A stretch of 64,000 nucleotides of DNA, from assembly GCF_051860105.1 (NCBI RefSeq), contig NZ_JBHYEO010000010.1:2832-66831 (forward strand). The letters run 5' to 3'. Below are positions 8,048 through 18,279 of the stretch, piece by piece (position 1 is the stretch's first letter; every line of letters starts with the position of its first letter). The notes beneath the pieces are model-generated. The model did not search any database, was not told the origin of the DNA, and was given only the letters and a program-made list of their open reading frames with translations. The stretch comes from Microcella sp. Lineage in GTDB: Bacteria > Actinomycetota > Actinomycetes > Actinomycetales > Microbacteriaceae. Both the position numbers and the translations under genes were made by a program.

Positions 8048-11000
8048 CTAGAACTCGACGTTCGTCAACTGGGAACCCTTGCGGTCGGGGTTGGTCACGA
8101 CGGTGACGGCGCCGATGTAGGGCTCCAGAGTTTGCAGGAGCTTTCCCGGTGTAGCGAGGATCATCTGGAAACCGAAGGCGACGAAGATGTCCATCGCCAT
8201 GCGCGTGTAGTCGGCATCTGCTTTGTCAAAGGCCTCGTCCAAAACGACTGTGCCGTAGTTGGAGAAGTCAGCTTCCGGCACCGCCAGTTGATAGCGGAGG
8301 GCCGCAGCAAGACAGAAGACCACAAGCTTCTGCCGTTGGCCGCCTGAGAGCCCCGCACTGGAGTCGTGGACGTTGTGCACCTTGCCGTTGCGGTCAACCT
8401 CTTCGGCAATGAACGACACGTGCTCGCGAGTGTCCAGCACTCGTGTGCGCCACTCTCGGTCGACCCTGTCGCTTGAGCCGAGTCGATGCATGATGTTCGC
8501 AAGCACTGCGAATCGATGCTCTGCCGCCGCGAAATCTTCGTTGGCCCAGTTTCCGTCGACGATCGACTTCAGGTCGCCGAGGAAGTCTTTCACCTCCTGG
8601 GTGCGACGAAGACGGACTCTGATGTTCAGGTAGCGATCCCGATCGAACGGCGACCGCCCTAGGGACTCGTTCACGGGCGTGATCCGACTTTCGATTTGTC
8701 GAAGCGCGCCGGTGAGGTCATCGCGCAGAAACGTCACGCTTTCCTTGGATCGTGTGTCGAGCAGTCGGCGGAAGTTCGCTTCGTGCTCGGGGAGCCCGCG
8801 GGACTGGATTCCTGCAAGCAGGTCCCGGTAGCCACTTCGATCCTCGATCCGTGACGAGAGGTTCGCGTTGGTGGCGATAGCGCGCCACTCGTTGTTGAAG
8901 TCGCGGGCACGCTCGACAAACTCAGCGATTGATACCTCGACCAGGGTTCGTAGCTTGTCTCCTTCCGCGTGAAGGATGCTCTGGACCCGGAACGCAACCG
9001 CGTTGACCTGATCGAAGCGAATGATGTTCTGCTGTCGCCGGAAATGCTCATCGAGCTTCGATTTCACGTGGTCCGAAAGGTCGGCGATGGATTGTTGTGC
9101 GAGTTCGTCGATGGACGCCTGGAGTAGAGCCTGCTTTTCGAGTGCCACCGCGCGCTGCCCTCCAGCTCGCTCCGCCTTACCACGTAGCTGGTCCCGTTCT
9201 TGGACGAGGGCCGATTCCGCTTGGCTTGCTCGTCCCAGGTCACTGTCCGGCGAGACGACCTGATCGTAAAGTCCCTGAAGTGTGGCGATGCGTCGTTCGG
9301 CACTCTCAGCGTCGATCTCTGACCATGGCAGGGTGAGCACGTCTTCGAAGAGCCCTTTGCGGGTGACATGGCGGTCCCGGTCGGCTGACGCATCGTTGGC
9401 TTGGCGGTCCAGTTCGACGAGCTCGGCGCCCACGGTGGCCAGTTGCCGCTGGAGTTCGTCGCGTTTGGGTTCGATGTTGCCGCCGAGCACCCATCTCGCT
9501 CGGTCGTTGACGTCGTGACGATCAGCTTTGATGTACCGGCGTGCCGCCCGCTTGATGAGGCCGTTGACGGTGATGCCTCGACTGACGTCCTCCAATTCAT
9601 CTGCGCTGTCAACGCAGGTGAAGTCGAACTCGTCACTGAGGCGCCGGTTGAGGTACTCGGCGAAGATCCCTTCCGCCACATCGACCCGATACACGAGCGA
9701 TCGGTCATCTCTGATTGGCAACGGCGCGTGGCTGGTCGAGGGGACCGCGTCGATGGTGAGGTTGACGCCGAGGTGCCTCTCATTGACGGCTTTGCGCACT
9801 GCCGCGATCTCGTCATCCCTCACGAGAAGCGCCGTGGCAATCGGGGCGAGAGCTCGTTCGATCGCGCCGCTCCACTGCGCGTGATCGTGGCGCACGGAGA
9901 TGAGCTCTCCCGCGAAAGGCATCAGCTCCTGGGGGATATTGAGGTCTCGGCAGAGCTGGTCCCGCACATTTAGTAGACGAGGGTTCATGTTGCTCTTGTG
10001 CAGATTGAGCGTCTTGAGATCGGATTCGAGCTCGCGAAGCGTCTTTCGCGTCAGGGACAGACGCTCCAAGAGCGCATGGTCCAGCGCGTCCGGCACCGGC
10101 ACCAGCAGGGCTTCTCGGGCCATCGTGCACAGATCGGCGTACTCGCCTTCCGTCTCTGCCATCTGGAGCCCGGCGCCGGTGAGTCGATTCGCGAGGCGCC
10201 CACGACGGCTAAGGACCTCCTGGAGAGCGCGTTTGGCGTCATTGATGCGCGCCTGGTGAGGTGCGAGGTCTCTGCCCCCGAGCGCGTTGACTCGATCTCG
10301 TGCGGCAGTTAGTTGCTCTTCGGCTTCGTTGAGAGCCTTTTGCGTTTTGGTGAGATGGGCTGCGGCTTTGGCAAGGTCAGTGTTCGCGTCGATGAGCGCC
10401 TTGCGTGACAAGTCCAGTTGAAGGCTGACGGCGAAGGGTTGAACTGCGTCGGCGAGGTCAGAAAGGCTCGTCGCTTCTGCTTGGGCTTTCTCGTAGGCCT
10501 CAGCTGCGTTCGACACCTTCAGGAGGGCATCGCGTTGTCGGCGCAAGTCAACGACATGGTCGTAGGCGTCTCGGAGCTCGCCGAACTGTTCCACAGCACT
10601 GTCAGCCCGCTTGAAGGTCGGGGGTTCGTCGAGCATGAACTTCCGAAACAACGTGTCGAGGGTGCCGAGGTTCTTCGCCGCCTGAGTTTTGTGCAGAAGC
10701 TGTAGAGCGGTTTCGTTGCCGATACCCAATAGCCGCTGTAGTCGCTGGAAGTAGCCGCCGTGCTTGCCAGTGGTCGTCACGATCACGGGGTGGTGGTCGG
10801 CTTCGAGGCGGCGGGCGTCGATTCCGCCGCTTGCGTAGGGAGCGTATGTCATCAGACCGTCAAGGGTGCGGGTGATGACGTTCATCTCCTTGAGGTCGCT
10901 CGAATCGGTGCTCGTCCCGCGCAGGTGAAACAGACGAATCAGTGAGACGGGGTCGTGCTCTTCGTTCTCGAATCGGAGAAGGATTCCGCTCCATGTCGCG

Positions 11001-11356
11001 TTGGTGCGGAGGTAGGTGGCGACGGTGCGATCCTCGATCTCGTCGGCTTCCCTGCTCCATGCCCCCCTCACGTAGGTGACCCACGTCCGATCAGAGGCTC
11101 GTCCAACCGACTCCTGCGCAGCGGCATTGAAAGTCACCGCGCCCTTCGGAGTAAGCACTGCCGCGATGGCGTCGAGGAGCGACGATTTGCCTGATCCGGA
11201 AGCGCCGGTGACGAGGTGACCCTTTCGAGCTACGTCGACGGCGTGGAATCCATCGAAGGTTCCCCAGTTGACGACCTCGATGCGGCTCAGACGCCACTGT
11301 CCCCGATGGAGTACACCGTCCGAAGTGGTGGCATCGTTGAGAGCGAAGAGCGTCAC
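8048..11356 (-). CDS. jetC: Wadjet JetC (SMC-like ABC ATPase)
   Basis: 1102-aa ORF. Walker A is GASGSGKSSLLDAI. It has a long coiled-coil middle, signature LSGGQRQKL and Walker B VVLDEAFDKAD. Confidence 0.92.
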   Translation of the reverse strand: MTLFALNDATTSDGVLHRGQWRLSRIEVVNWGTFDGFHAVDVARKGHLVTGASGSGKSSLLDAIAAVLTPKGAVTFNAAAQESVGRASDRTWVTYVRGAWSREADEIEDRTVATYLRTNATWSGILLRFENEEHDPVSLIRLFHLRGTSTDSSDLKEMNVITRTLDGLMTYAPYASGGIDARRLEADHHPVIVTTTGKHGGYFQRLQRLLGIGNETALQLLHKTQAAKNLGTLDTLFRKFMLDEPPTFKRADSAVEQFGELRDAYDHVVDLRRQRDALLKVSNAAEAYEKAQAEATSLSDLADAVQPFAVSLQLDLSRKALIDANTDLAKAAAHLTKTQKALNEAEEQLTAARDRVNALGGRDLAPHQARINDAKRALQEVLSRRGRLANRLTGAGLQMAETEGEYADLCTMAREALLVPVPDALDHALLERLSLTRKTLRELESDLKTLNLHKSNMNPRLLNVRDQLCRDLNIPQELMPFAGELISVRHDHAQWSGAIERALAPIATALLVRDDEIAAVRKAVNERHLGVNLTIDAVPSTSHAPLPIRDDRSLVYRVDVAEGIFAEYLNRRLSDEFDFTCVDSADELEDVSRGITVNGLIKRAARRYIKADRHDVNDRARWVLGGNIEPKRDELQRQLATVGAELVELDRQANDASADRDRHVTRKGLFEDVLTLPWSEIDAESAERRIATLQGLYDQVVSPDSDLGRASQAESALVQERDQLRGKAERAGGQRAVALEKQALLQASIDELAQQSIADLSDHVKSKLDEHFRRQQNIIRFDQVNAVAFRVQSILHAEGDKLRTLVEVSIAEFVERARDFNNEWRAIATNANLSSRIEDRSGYRDLLAGIQSRGLPEHEANFRRLLDTRSKESVTFLRDDLTGALRQIESRITPVNESLGRSPFDRDRYLNIRVRLRRTQEVKDFLGDLKSIVDGNWANEDFAAAEHRFAVLANIMHRLGSSDRVDREWRTRVLDTREHVSFIAEEVDRNGKVHNVHDSSAGLSGGQRQKLVVFCLAAALRYQLAVPEADFSNYGTVVLDEAFDKADADYTRMAMDIFVAFGFQMILATPGKLLQTLEPYIGAVTVVTNPDRKGSQLTNVEF

Positions 11357-11970
11357 TCGACCCCACCACCCTGCCCGCTTGCCGCGTCGTCGTACGTCGC
11401 CTGGATCGCGGCCACCCGCTCAGCGTCGATGAGGAAGCGCACGATCGGGGAGATCTCGGCGCGGCCCTCTTCAGTGGTGTGAAGGAGGCCGAGCGTGTTC
11501 ATGTTCGACCAGGAGGCGTTTACGCGCTTGCGAAAGTCGGACTCGTCTCGACCCTTGCGATATACCGAGAGTTGGTCGGCCAACTCGTCCTGCCCGACGA
11601 TCACTCGGCCACGGCCCTCTTCGGCGAGAAGGGTTTGGCGCAGCACGAGAAGCATGGCCGTATCCATGAACGTCAGGGGCCTGGTGCGCACCACTTCTGG
11701 TGCGCCGTCTACATCGACCGGTCGCACGAACGCGATCTCGTGTTCCCGGTCGATCACGACGTCGAGGAACAGGTCGTGGAGTCGAGAGCGAATCGCTCGC
11801 TCGTCGGCGAGCAGGGCTTCCCACAGCTCTCTCTTCCTTGCCTGCGAGAGGTAGGGGCCCTTGACCAGATCGACCAGCACACGGCGAGAGCTCTCGCGGA
11901 GCCCACCGGTGTCGCCGACCCACAGAGCCTCGGTCTGGATCGTGTCGATGGTCGGATCGTGGTCGTTCAT
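11353..11970 (-). CDS. jetB: Wadjet JetB (DUF4194, MksE-like)
   Basis: 205-aa acidic protein in the canonical position between JetA and JetC. Start and stop overlap the neighbours (ATGA at 11967-11970, GTGA at 11353-11356). Confidence 0.85.
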   Translation of the reverse strand: MNDHDPTIDTIQTEALWVGDTGGLRESSRRVLVDLVKGPYLSQARKRELWEALLADERAIRSRLHDLFLDVVIDREHEIAFVRPVDVDGAPEVVRTRPLTFMDTAMLLVLRQTLLAEEGRGRVIVGQDELADQLSVYRKGRDESDFRKRVNASWSNMNTLGLLHTTEEGRAEISPIVRFLIDAERVAAIQATYDDAASGQGGGVE

Positions 11971-13430
11971 GTGATCCTTCCAACGAACCTGTGCTGGTCA
12001 ACGTCTGCAGCGCGCTCAACACCGTCTGTCCCAGCCCAAATGAGTCGCTCCGTTTCCTCGTCGACGACACCATGGACGGCGGCGAGCACGAGTAGGCCGA
12101 CGACACTCGCCACCCCTTGCGACGCAGGGAACTGAGCGAGCACCTCGCCGGCAGTGGCCGTGGGGTGTTCCGCAAGAACGGAGTTGACCTGCTCAACGAG
12201 CTCATCGAAGTCAATCTCGGTGAGGCGGGCTTGCGCTCGGAGCGCCGCGAGGTCGGCGACTCCGGTCTCGTTCATGGTTACCTCGGACGAAGCATCGAAC
12301 TCAGACGGGTCATGAACGCGCAGAACACCCACACTCTTCAGGGCGACTCCGGTCAGGGCGAGATCGAAGCCGAGCCTCTGGTAGGGCTTCACCACCTCAC
12401 TAGCGGCGAGCGCGTGCTGCATTGCCTCTTGCAGAACTCCACGAAGTACTCGATCGCGGCCGTAGTCCTGCGACTCCACATAGCGTCGCAAGCCGCGGGC
12501 GAACTCCGTGGCAACACCCTGGATTTCTGAGGTTCGCCCCTTCAAGGTCGCGACGAAGTGCCGAAGGGCACGGCGTTGCTCAGCTGTGAGTTCGAGGGCG
12601 AAATCTCGTTCCAGGATCTGATCGATGTTGTCCTCGAACTCGCCGCTGACTGCTGGATCGAGAACGAGGTCCGTGAACGCTTTGAAGGTTCTGCCGGCAT
12701 CACTCGTGGCGATGAGATCCACGCCGCGGAAGATGTCGTCGAGTACGGTGCCCTGGGATGCGTCAGACTCGACGATCTTCTCTCTCAGTTTGGCGTTGAG
12801 GGTTTCGAACTCTGCGCGGACTCGTGTGAAGTCGTCCGGCACTGCCGCCGCTTGTGCGAGGAGGTCTCGCACCCGCTCTGCAGCTCGCGCGCCCGCCATG
12901 GGCTCATCGTCGCCGGCTTCGATTGAAATGATCGCGGCGTCGATGCGTTCCCGCTCCCGACGCAGGCGTTCCAGTCGCCGCTGCGAGAGTGGGTCTGTAT
13001 CGATCGCGAGCTGGCGCAGCTGTGCGGCGAGACTCGCAAGGCGCGACTCCGTTGCCGATTGGCGCGGAGCCTCAACGTCATCCAGAAAGCGGATCGCGAG
13101 AAGAGCGTGGCTGCTGAGCTCATAAGTTTCGCCCCGTGCGTCTTCACTCGCGCGTCGCACGAGAAATCCGGCTGTCCGCCATTGCGCCACGTATCCGCGA
13201 GCGCTGTTCTTCAACTCGAATCCGACCGCTCGAAGCTGCTCCAAGTCGGCGTCGAGGCGTTCATGCAACTCCTCTGATCCCAACCTGCGTTCTTCACCAC
13301 CGAGATGCTCAGCGAGCAACGCCATAACAGCAGCAGCGTGCGCAGCGGTGTCGCCCGCGCGAAGTAGCCGCAGCGATGCGTCGTCGTCGATGAGCTGACG
13401 TAGACGCAGGGCTCTCGTATTCGCGGGCAT
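11967..13430 (-). CDS. jetA: Wadjet JetA (DUF3375, kleisin-like MksF homologue)
   Basis: 487-aa ORF, first gene of the operon. Size, helical Arg/Glu-rich composition and position match type I Wadjet JetA. Confidence 0.88.
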   Translation of the reverse strand: MPANTRALRLRQLIDDDASLRLLRAGDTAAHAAAVMALLAEHLGGEERRLGSEELHERLDADLEQLRAVGFELKNSARGYVAQWRTAGFLVRRASEDARGETYELSSHALLAIRFLDDVEAPRQSATESRLASLAAQLRQLAIDTDPLSQRRLERLRRERERIDAAIISIEAGDDEPMAGARAAERVRDLLAQAAAVPDDFTRVRAEFETLNAKLREKIVESDASQGTVLDDIFRGVDLIATSDAGRTFKAFTDLVLDPAVSGEFEDNIDQILERDFALELTAEQRRALRHFVATLKGRTSEIQGVATEFARGLRRYVESQDYGRDRVLRGVLQEAMQHALAASEVVKPYQRLGFDLALTGVALKSVGVLRVHDPSEFDASSEVTMNETGVADLAALRAQARLTEIDFDELVEQVNSVLAEHPTATAGEVLAQFPASQGVASVVGLLVLAAVHGVVDEETERLIWAGTDGVERAADVDQHRFVGRIT

Positions 13431-13554
13431 AGTTCACTTAGTGTGTCGCGCCGCACCGACAGCTGACCGTGCGAACACACAGATCGAACGCATTGGGTTC
13501 GCGAGCGACGGACACGTGAGCGCCAATGTCAACACTTCCTCGTAAGTTGATCTC

Positions 13555-14385
13555 ATGACACTGCGCGTCTCTGGCCGAATCCGTGGGCTGTTCCGAGACC
13601 AAGCGAGAGGAATAGTCCTGGCCGACATCGATCGAATCTGGCAAGCAGAAGGATTCGCTCCGAGGGTCACTACCAGCGTGCTGAGCAGCCAAAGAATGAG
13701 TCGATGGTCGGAGTACGAGGCGGCGGTCGACTGGCTGGACGACTCGCACACTCGAAGGGTTCTGCGAGTGTACGAGAGCGTGCTGCTTGAATTTGCTGCC
13801 GAAGAGGGACTAGAGCGATTTGAGAGAGCTCTTGGTCTGGACGGGTTCACGATTGATGGGAACCGACGGATCGCGCCAGCGAAGCTCGATCTGGCCGGAC
13901 TATCGGGGCTTAGTGCCCTTCGTGATGCCGATGGCATTCGGGAGGCGTTTCGCCGCATCGAATTGTTGATGGATGAGGACCCGGCCGGAGTCGTCGGTGC
14001 GAGCAAGGAACTTATCGAAGCCACCGCGAAAAGCATTGTGGCCGCGTTTGAGGAGCCATTGATGGGAAACGAAAAGACTCCCGCGCTTGTCGCTCGTGCT
14101 CAAGCCCTGCTCGGTCTTGGGGCAGGGGATGTTACGAATTCGATCGACTCCGCGCCCGCGGTTCGCAGGGTGCTTGGCGGCCTAGCCTCAATTGCCCAGG
14201 GAGTGGCTGAGCTGCGTAACGCTGAGGGAGGTGGGCACGGACGCTCTGCGCGGAGCAGGCTTACGGCGCGGCACGCTCGTCTCGCGTTCAATAGCGCCCG
14301 CGCGTGGTGCGAGATCGTGATCGACACCCATGCAGATCCAGAGGCACCGTTTCGTGCAACACGCACGCCCGCATCCGGCAGCTGA
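13555..14385 (+). CDS. Abortive-infection family protein with C-terminal Abi_C / HEPN-like domain
   Basis: 276-aa ORF. C-terminal VAELRNAEGGGHGRS carries an R-x6-H HEPN-type motif embedded in the Abi_C-like G-x-GHG context. Divergent from jetA. Confidence 0.75.
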   Translation: MTLRVSGRIRGLFRDQARGIVLADIDRIWQAEGFAPRVTTSVLSSQRMSRWSEYEAAVDWLDDSHTRRVLRVYESVLLEFAAEEGLERFERALGLDGFTIDGNRRIAPAKLDLAGLSGLSALRDADGIREAFRRIELLMDEDPAGVVGASKELIEATAKSIVAAFEEPLMGNEKTPALVARAQALLGLGAGDVTNSIDSAPAVRRVLGGLASIAQGVAELRNAEGGGHGRSARSRLTARHARLAFNSARAWCEIVIDTHADPEAPFRATRTPASGS

Positions 14386-14524
14386 ATCCGTGGCCTTCCA
14401 ACAAAGGCCCTTCAGCACCTCGAACTGTCGATGTGACCATCGTCGCTCCAACCCGTGAAGTGTCCGCGAACCGGACTAGTCTCGTGAACGCGCTGGCCGG
14501 AGTGCTCACGACCAGGAGCATCCG

Positions 14525-14815
14525 ATGGCCCGCAGCTGGCACCCCCTCCTCGCAGCCCACGAGTACACGGCCGGCGAGTGGGTGATGATTGATCCCAGCG
14601 CCAGACCGTACGCGGTGATCAAGGCGCTCCGCATCGCTGACGAAGCGGGCTACCGTGTCGTCACGTGGGCTGAACGCTCACAAGATCGCGAACTAGTCGG
14701 GTACTGGCGCACCCTCAGGTCAGCCTGCGAAGCAGCGCATGCCCGATACCTCCGAAGTCATGGACCCGATTCATCCACCGTCGGATACCCGGCGCACCTC
14801 GTCGATTTGAAGTGA
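14525..14815 (+). CDS. Hypothetical small protein
   Basis: 96-aa ORF with protein-like composition. No recognisable motif. Confidence 0.45.
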   Translation: MARSWHPLLAAHEYTAGEWVMIDPSARPYAVIKALRIADEAGYRVVTWAERSQDRELVGYWRTLRSACEAAHARYLRSHGPDSSTVGYPAHLVDLK

Positions 14816-14916
14816 CGTGTCCCGACGACGCCTTTCGCAGTCAGGTCGAGCGATCTGCGCGGCGGGCTGACGCGGTGGTGGCTCCGGAAGGAGCCCAGCA
14901 CCATGTTGTCATCGCC

Positions 14917-15246
14917 TCACCGTCTCGCTTGGTGGCCCCAGACGAGCGTTTCGCCGGAGGCATCCAAGGTGGCCTTGTCCACGCGAATGAGTCGTGGACC
15001 GAAGCGCTCCGCCCGGATGTAGCCCGCGCTGATCCACCGGCGGATGGTCACCGGGTCGACCCTGACGATCAGTGCGGCTTCCTGCATCGTGATCCACTCC
15101 GTGTCGGACGTGTCGGCTGCCAGTGCGATCTCTGCCTGAGACTTGCGTGCCATGTCTGCTTCTCCTCCCTCTGCGAGAACTCGATCGGAGTCTTCTCGCG
15201 GGTTCTCGTCGGCTTCACTCGATGTTTCAGCTGGACTTGAAAGCAC
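14917..15246 (-). CDS. Excisionase/MerR-type helix-turn-helix DNA-binding protein
   Basis: WITMQEAALIVRVDPVTIRRWISAGYIRAERFG is a typical excisionase-family HTH. The true start may be the internal Met (MARKSQ..., ~15153). Confidence 0.7.
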   Translation of the reverse strand: MLSSPAETSSEADENPREDSDRVLAEGGEADMARKSQAEIALAADTSDTEWITMQEAALIVRVDPVTIRRWISAGYIRAERFGPRLIRVDKATLDASGETLVWGHQARR

Positions 15247-16030
15247 TTCGTTGCGCGCCGGATCGTTTCGAGACGATCACTGACAGGTCCGACAGGTCCA
15301 CTACGCCGACGTTGATCACGTGATACTCGTCTCGATCCAGCAGCATCACGCGGGTGTCCATCCAGTAGTCAACGACAAAGTGGTGCATGTGGCCGCCGAA
15401 GTACCAGCGGGGCGAGGTGTGTTCCAGCGCACGCGACAGCATCCGCCGGCTCTCATCGCTGGCGGCGATCGCGTCAGCCGGCCACTCGGGATCACCAGCA
15501 GCGAGGATCTTGTCGAGGACGGGGAGTGGTGTTGGAGCTTCATGGCCGAGCAGGATCGTGACCATCTCCTCGCCAAGGGCGGCGAGGTCCGGCTCGGTGA
15601 TGGACTCCTCCGGCCACCAGTCTTCTCCTTCGGTGCGAAGGTGTCGATCGACGGAGCTCGCACCGCCGAGCGCTGCGAGTACGTGGCCGTTGTCGAGTGT
15701 CAGCCTCCATCCGCGCGGCAGGTGTCCAATGTTGGGGCGAAGCCATCTGACTCCGTCTCGACCGATCGGGAACTCCACAAGCTTAGGAATCCAGTCGTGG
15801 TTGCCGTCGACGAACAGCATCGTCTGCTGGCCGAGCTGATGCTCGATTCGGTCCAGAGTGCGGTTCCAGTCTTTGCGCGGCCACACGAAACCCCAGTCGC
15901 CGAGCACCACGAAGGTCGACACATCTTGATCGCGGAGTGTCTTCGCCGCGATGAAGAGGTGCTCCAGGTTGCCGTGGGTGTCGCCGAGTAACCCGAGGCG
16001 CTTTGCTGAGCGAAGCGTTTGCCGCGCCAA
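15227..16030 (-). CDS. Calcineurin-like metallophosphoesterase
   Basis: Motifs LLGDTHGN, VLGDWGF, VDGNHD, LLGHEAP and GGHMHH are present. TTG start is preceded by GGGGAGGA at about 6 nt. Confidence 0.85.
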   Translation of the reverse strand: MARQTLRSAKRLGLLGDTHGNLEHLFIAAKTLRDQDVSTFVVLGDWGFVWPRKDWNRTLDRIEHQLGQQTMLFVDGNHDWIPKLVEFPIGRDGVRWLRPNIGHLPRGWRLTLDNGHVLAALGGASSVDRHLRTEGEDWWPEESITEPDLAALGEEMVTILLGHEAPTPLPVLDKILAAGDPEWPADAIAASDESRRMLSRALEHTSPRWYFGGHMHHFVVDYWMDTRVMLLDRDEYHVINVGVVDLSDLSVIVSKRSGAQRSAFKSS

Positions 16031-16162
16031 CCTAGATCCTCCCCTCTGGACGGATCAGTGTTTTGCCGAGCGAAGTGCGCCCCGCGGCAGAGCGCTGTCT
16101 TGACATGTTGCCGCGGCGGCAAGCCTCCCCGCGTTTGGCACGGCACGCTGGGCGTGGGCAGA

Positions 16163-16885
16163 TCACGGCTTGCCTTTCGGGAGCGGGCGGCGAACGCGTT
16201 TCTTCCACTGCTGAAGGTCGTCGCGAAACCGCTCCCGCTCGGCGTCGTGACTCACCATTCCACCGTGCGGAGCAACAAAGACACCATCTTGAAAGTGGAC
16301 GAAGCCGACGTTGGTCCAGAAGCCCCGAATGTGCAGCCAGTGCTCAGGAGTGCGCTTTTTCAGCGACACCGCGACCGGCGCCGGATAGGCAGTGACCACG
16401 GCGGGAGTGGAGCCAAGAATGCACTCGATGGCCCGCCTGACGAACTCGCTACCGAGACCCTGCCCGCGAAACTTCTTGACGATGTGGACTCGGTCGATGA
16501 TCAGAACAGCCCGCGCGTCATCAGTGATACCGCTGAACAGACGGCGTTGCGCCCGACCGTCCTTGTCCATCAACGATTCCGCAATGAGCGCCAGGTCTCC
16601 CGACTCTTCATCACAGAGATCCCAGAAGCTTGAGCTGAACCTAGCGTCGGGGTGAAGTCGAAAGGATGCCCGCCCAACCACGTGCGTTTGCGTCTGGAAC
16701 TGCGTTTGCGGGCCTTCCTCCGTTTCAAAGAAGAGTTTGGCGTCCCAACGCTGCACGGTGCCCTGTTCCTCCTCGACGTAGTTCCGATCGAGGGCTTCGT
16801 GGCGTGCGACTTCGATCATCCAGTATTGGTCTTCGTGCTCGTCATCAGGAAGTGAAGCACCTTCCGGGGGAAGCTCAGTGGTCAA
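16163..16885 (-). CDS. GNAT-family N-acetyltransferase
   Basis: Acetyl-CoA motif A is IVKKFRGQGLGSEFVRRAI. The start was moved to the TTG at 16885, which has AAGGAG 6 nt upstream. The track ORF extends to 17008. Confidence 0.7.
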   Translation of the reverse strand: MTTELPPEGASLPDDEHEDQYWMIEVARHEALDRNYVEEEQGTVQRWDAKLFFETEEGPQTQFQTQTHVVGRASFRLHPDARFSSSFWDLCDEESGDLALIAESLMDKDGRAQRRLFSGITDDARAVLIIDRVHIVKKFRGQGLGSEFVRRAIECILGSTPAVVTAYPAPVAVSLKKRTPEHWLHIRGFWTNVGFVHFQDGVFVAPHGGMVSHDAERERFRDDLQQWKKRVRRPLPKGKP

Positions 16886-17317
16886 TGGACGCTCCTTGTT
16901 TGGTGGGCAGGTGAACGGGCGGGCCGGATGTGGCGGCTTCGGGAGAAAGGGCGCGTAGCGGAGAGCTGGTGTGCGCTTCGGACGGGCGTCGGGTGAATTG
17001 AGCCCCACTGTGGGCCGCGTGAACCAGGAAGCCCGCAGCGCGGGCGATGCTGTAAATGCTCAGGCGGTCAGAGTGGCTCGCTTGTTCAGAAAGCACCATC
17101 GCTTTGTGCATGCAACCTCTCCCGTCATTTACGGTCGTCAACTGTGCCCCGGGGTCAAGGACCAGGAGTTGGTTCCGGCGGCTTAGTCTCTGGAATCGCT
17201 TCAATGTCGTTATGCCCTCCCTATGCGCGGCACGAGCCTCGGAAAGACTCAAAGTCCCTTGGTCGCCGCGACTCGAAGTGGGATCACGCGGCTTACGTGG
17301 CTGACGTGGGCGCCCTG

Positions 17318-17980
17318 TTAGTAGTGGGATGTGCGATCCACACGCAGTTCCTTCAGTTCCCCTTTCGCCCATAGGTGTACCTTCGCGAGATCCGCCTCGG
17401 AGAGCATCCCGACCCACGGAGTCGGTCGTAGAAAGTGCAGGCGAGGTTGAACGTCCGCAGGCAAAAGCGCGTGGATTCGCTGGCCCACTTCATCGTCAAT
17501 CCAGAGCGCGACGGCGTGTGGGTCGGAGCGAAGTGCGTGCACAACGGTCTTGGCTTTCCAGTGGTCGGCAGCCCGGTAATCGTCCCGGAACCCGAATCGT
17601 GAGGGCTCGACGCCATCGGGGATCTCAGCAATCCGGACGCGGTCTTCGGCAATGCGAAGGTCAGCCTGCAACTGTCGCAAGTGGTCAGGGGAGACCATCC
17701 ACGAGGTCAACCATTGAATGTCGAGCTCGGCCGGAAGGCGGCGGATCGCTGTCAGAACGCGCGGGCGGCAGTACATGTAGCCGCGTTTCTCGGCCAGCGG
17801 CATGAGCACACTCACGCGCGACTCCCGAGATCGCGGCTCTTTCTCTTCGGGCGCGCGTCCTCCCATCCAGGCGAGGAAGACTTCGACGCTGTTCGTGCGC
17901 GGGCGCAGCACCGTCGAGTCGACATCGAGAAACACGATTCGTCGCGGCGCCGCCGCCGGGTGAGCGCTGCTGATGGTCAT
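17318..17980 (-). CDS. HAD-like phosphatase domain protein (resembles the HAD domain of multidomain RNA-repair proteins)
   Basis: RIVFLDVDSTVL (DxD nucleophile motif) and VALWIDDEV (distal Asp motif). Start taken at ATG 17980 (MTISSAH...). The track ORF extends to 18391, but that extension is not protein-like. Confidence 0.6.
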   Translation of the reverse strand: MTISSAHPAAAPRRIVFLDVDSTVLRPRTNSVEVFLAWMGGRAPEEKEPRSRESRVSVLMPLAEKRGYMYCRPRVLTAIRRLPAELDIQWLTSWMVSPDHLRQLQADLRIAEDRVRIAEIPDGVEPSRFGFRDDYRAADHWKAKTVVHALRSDPHAVALWIDDEVGQRIHALLPADVQPRLHFLRPTPWVGMLSEADLAKVHLWAKGELKELRVDRTSHY

Positions 17981-18279
17981 GACGTTCCCTGATCCTCGAT
18001 GGTCTTGTGCACGGTCACGGCAGGCTCCCGTTGTCTCAGGTGAACTCGCAGTGGCCGCGATCGTGTCGCAACAGCCGAGCCCATACGCGATCTCGAATGC
18101 CGCAAGGTCCATGCCCTGGAGCCATTGGGGAGAGAGGTGCATGTGGACCGGAACGACACCGAAATAGGAGGGCGGGGGACTTGTCGCAGAGAGCAGCTCG
18201 ATTTGCGGGCATCGGGCAACGCTCGCATTTCCCCCACTTCGATTTCGCCGCACAAGTGCCCACCTCCGCAGGCGAGTTC

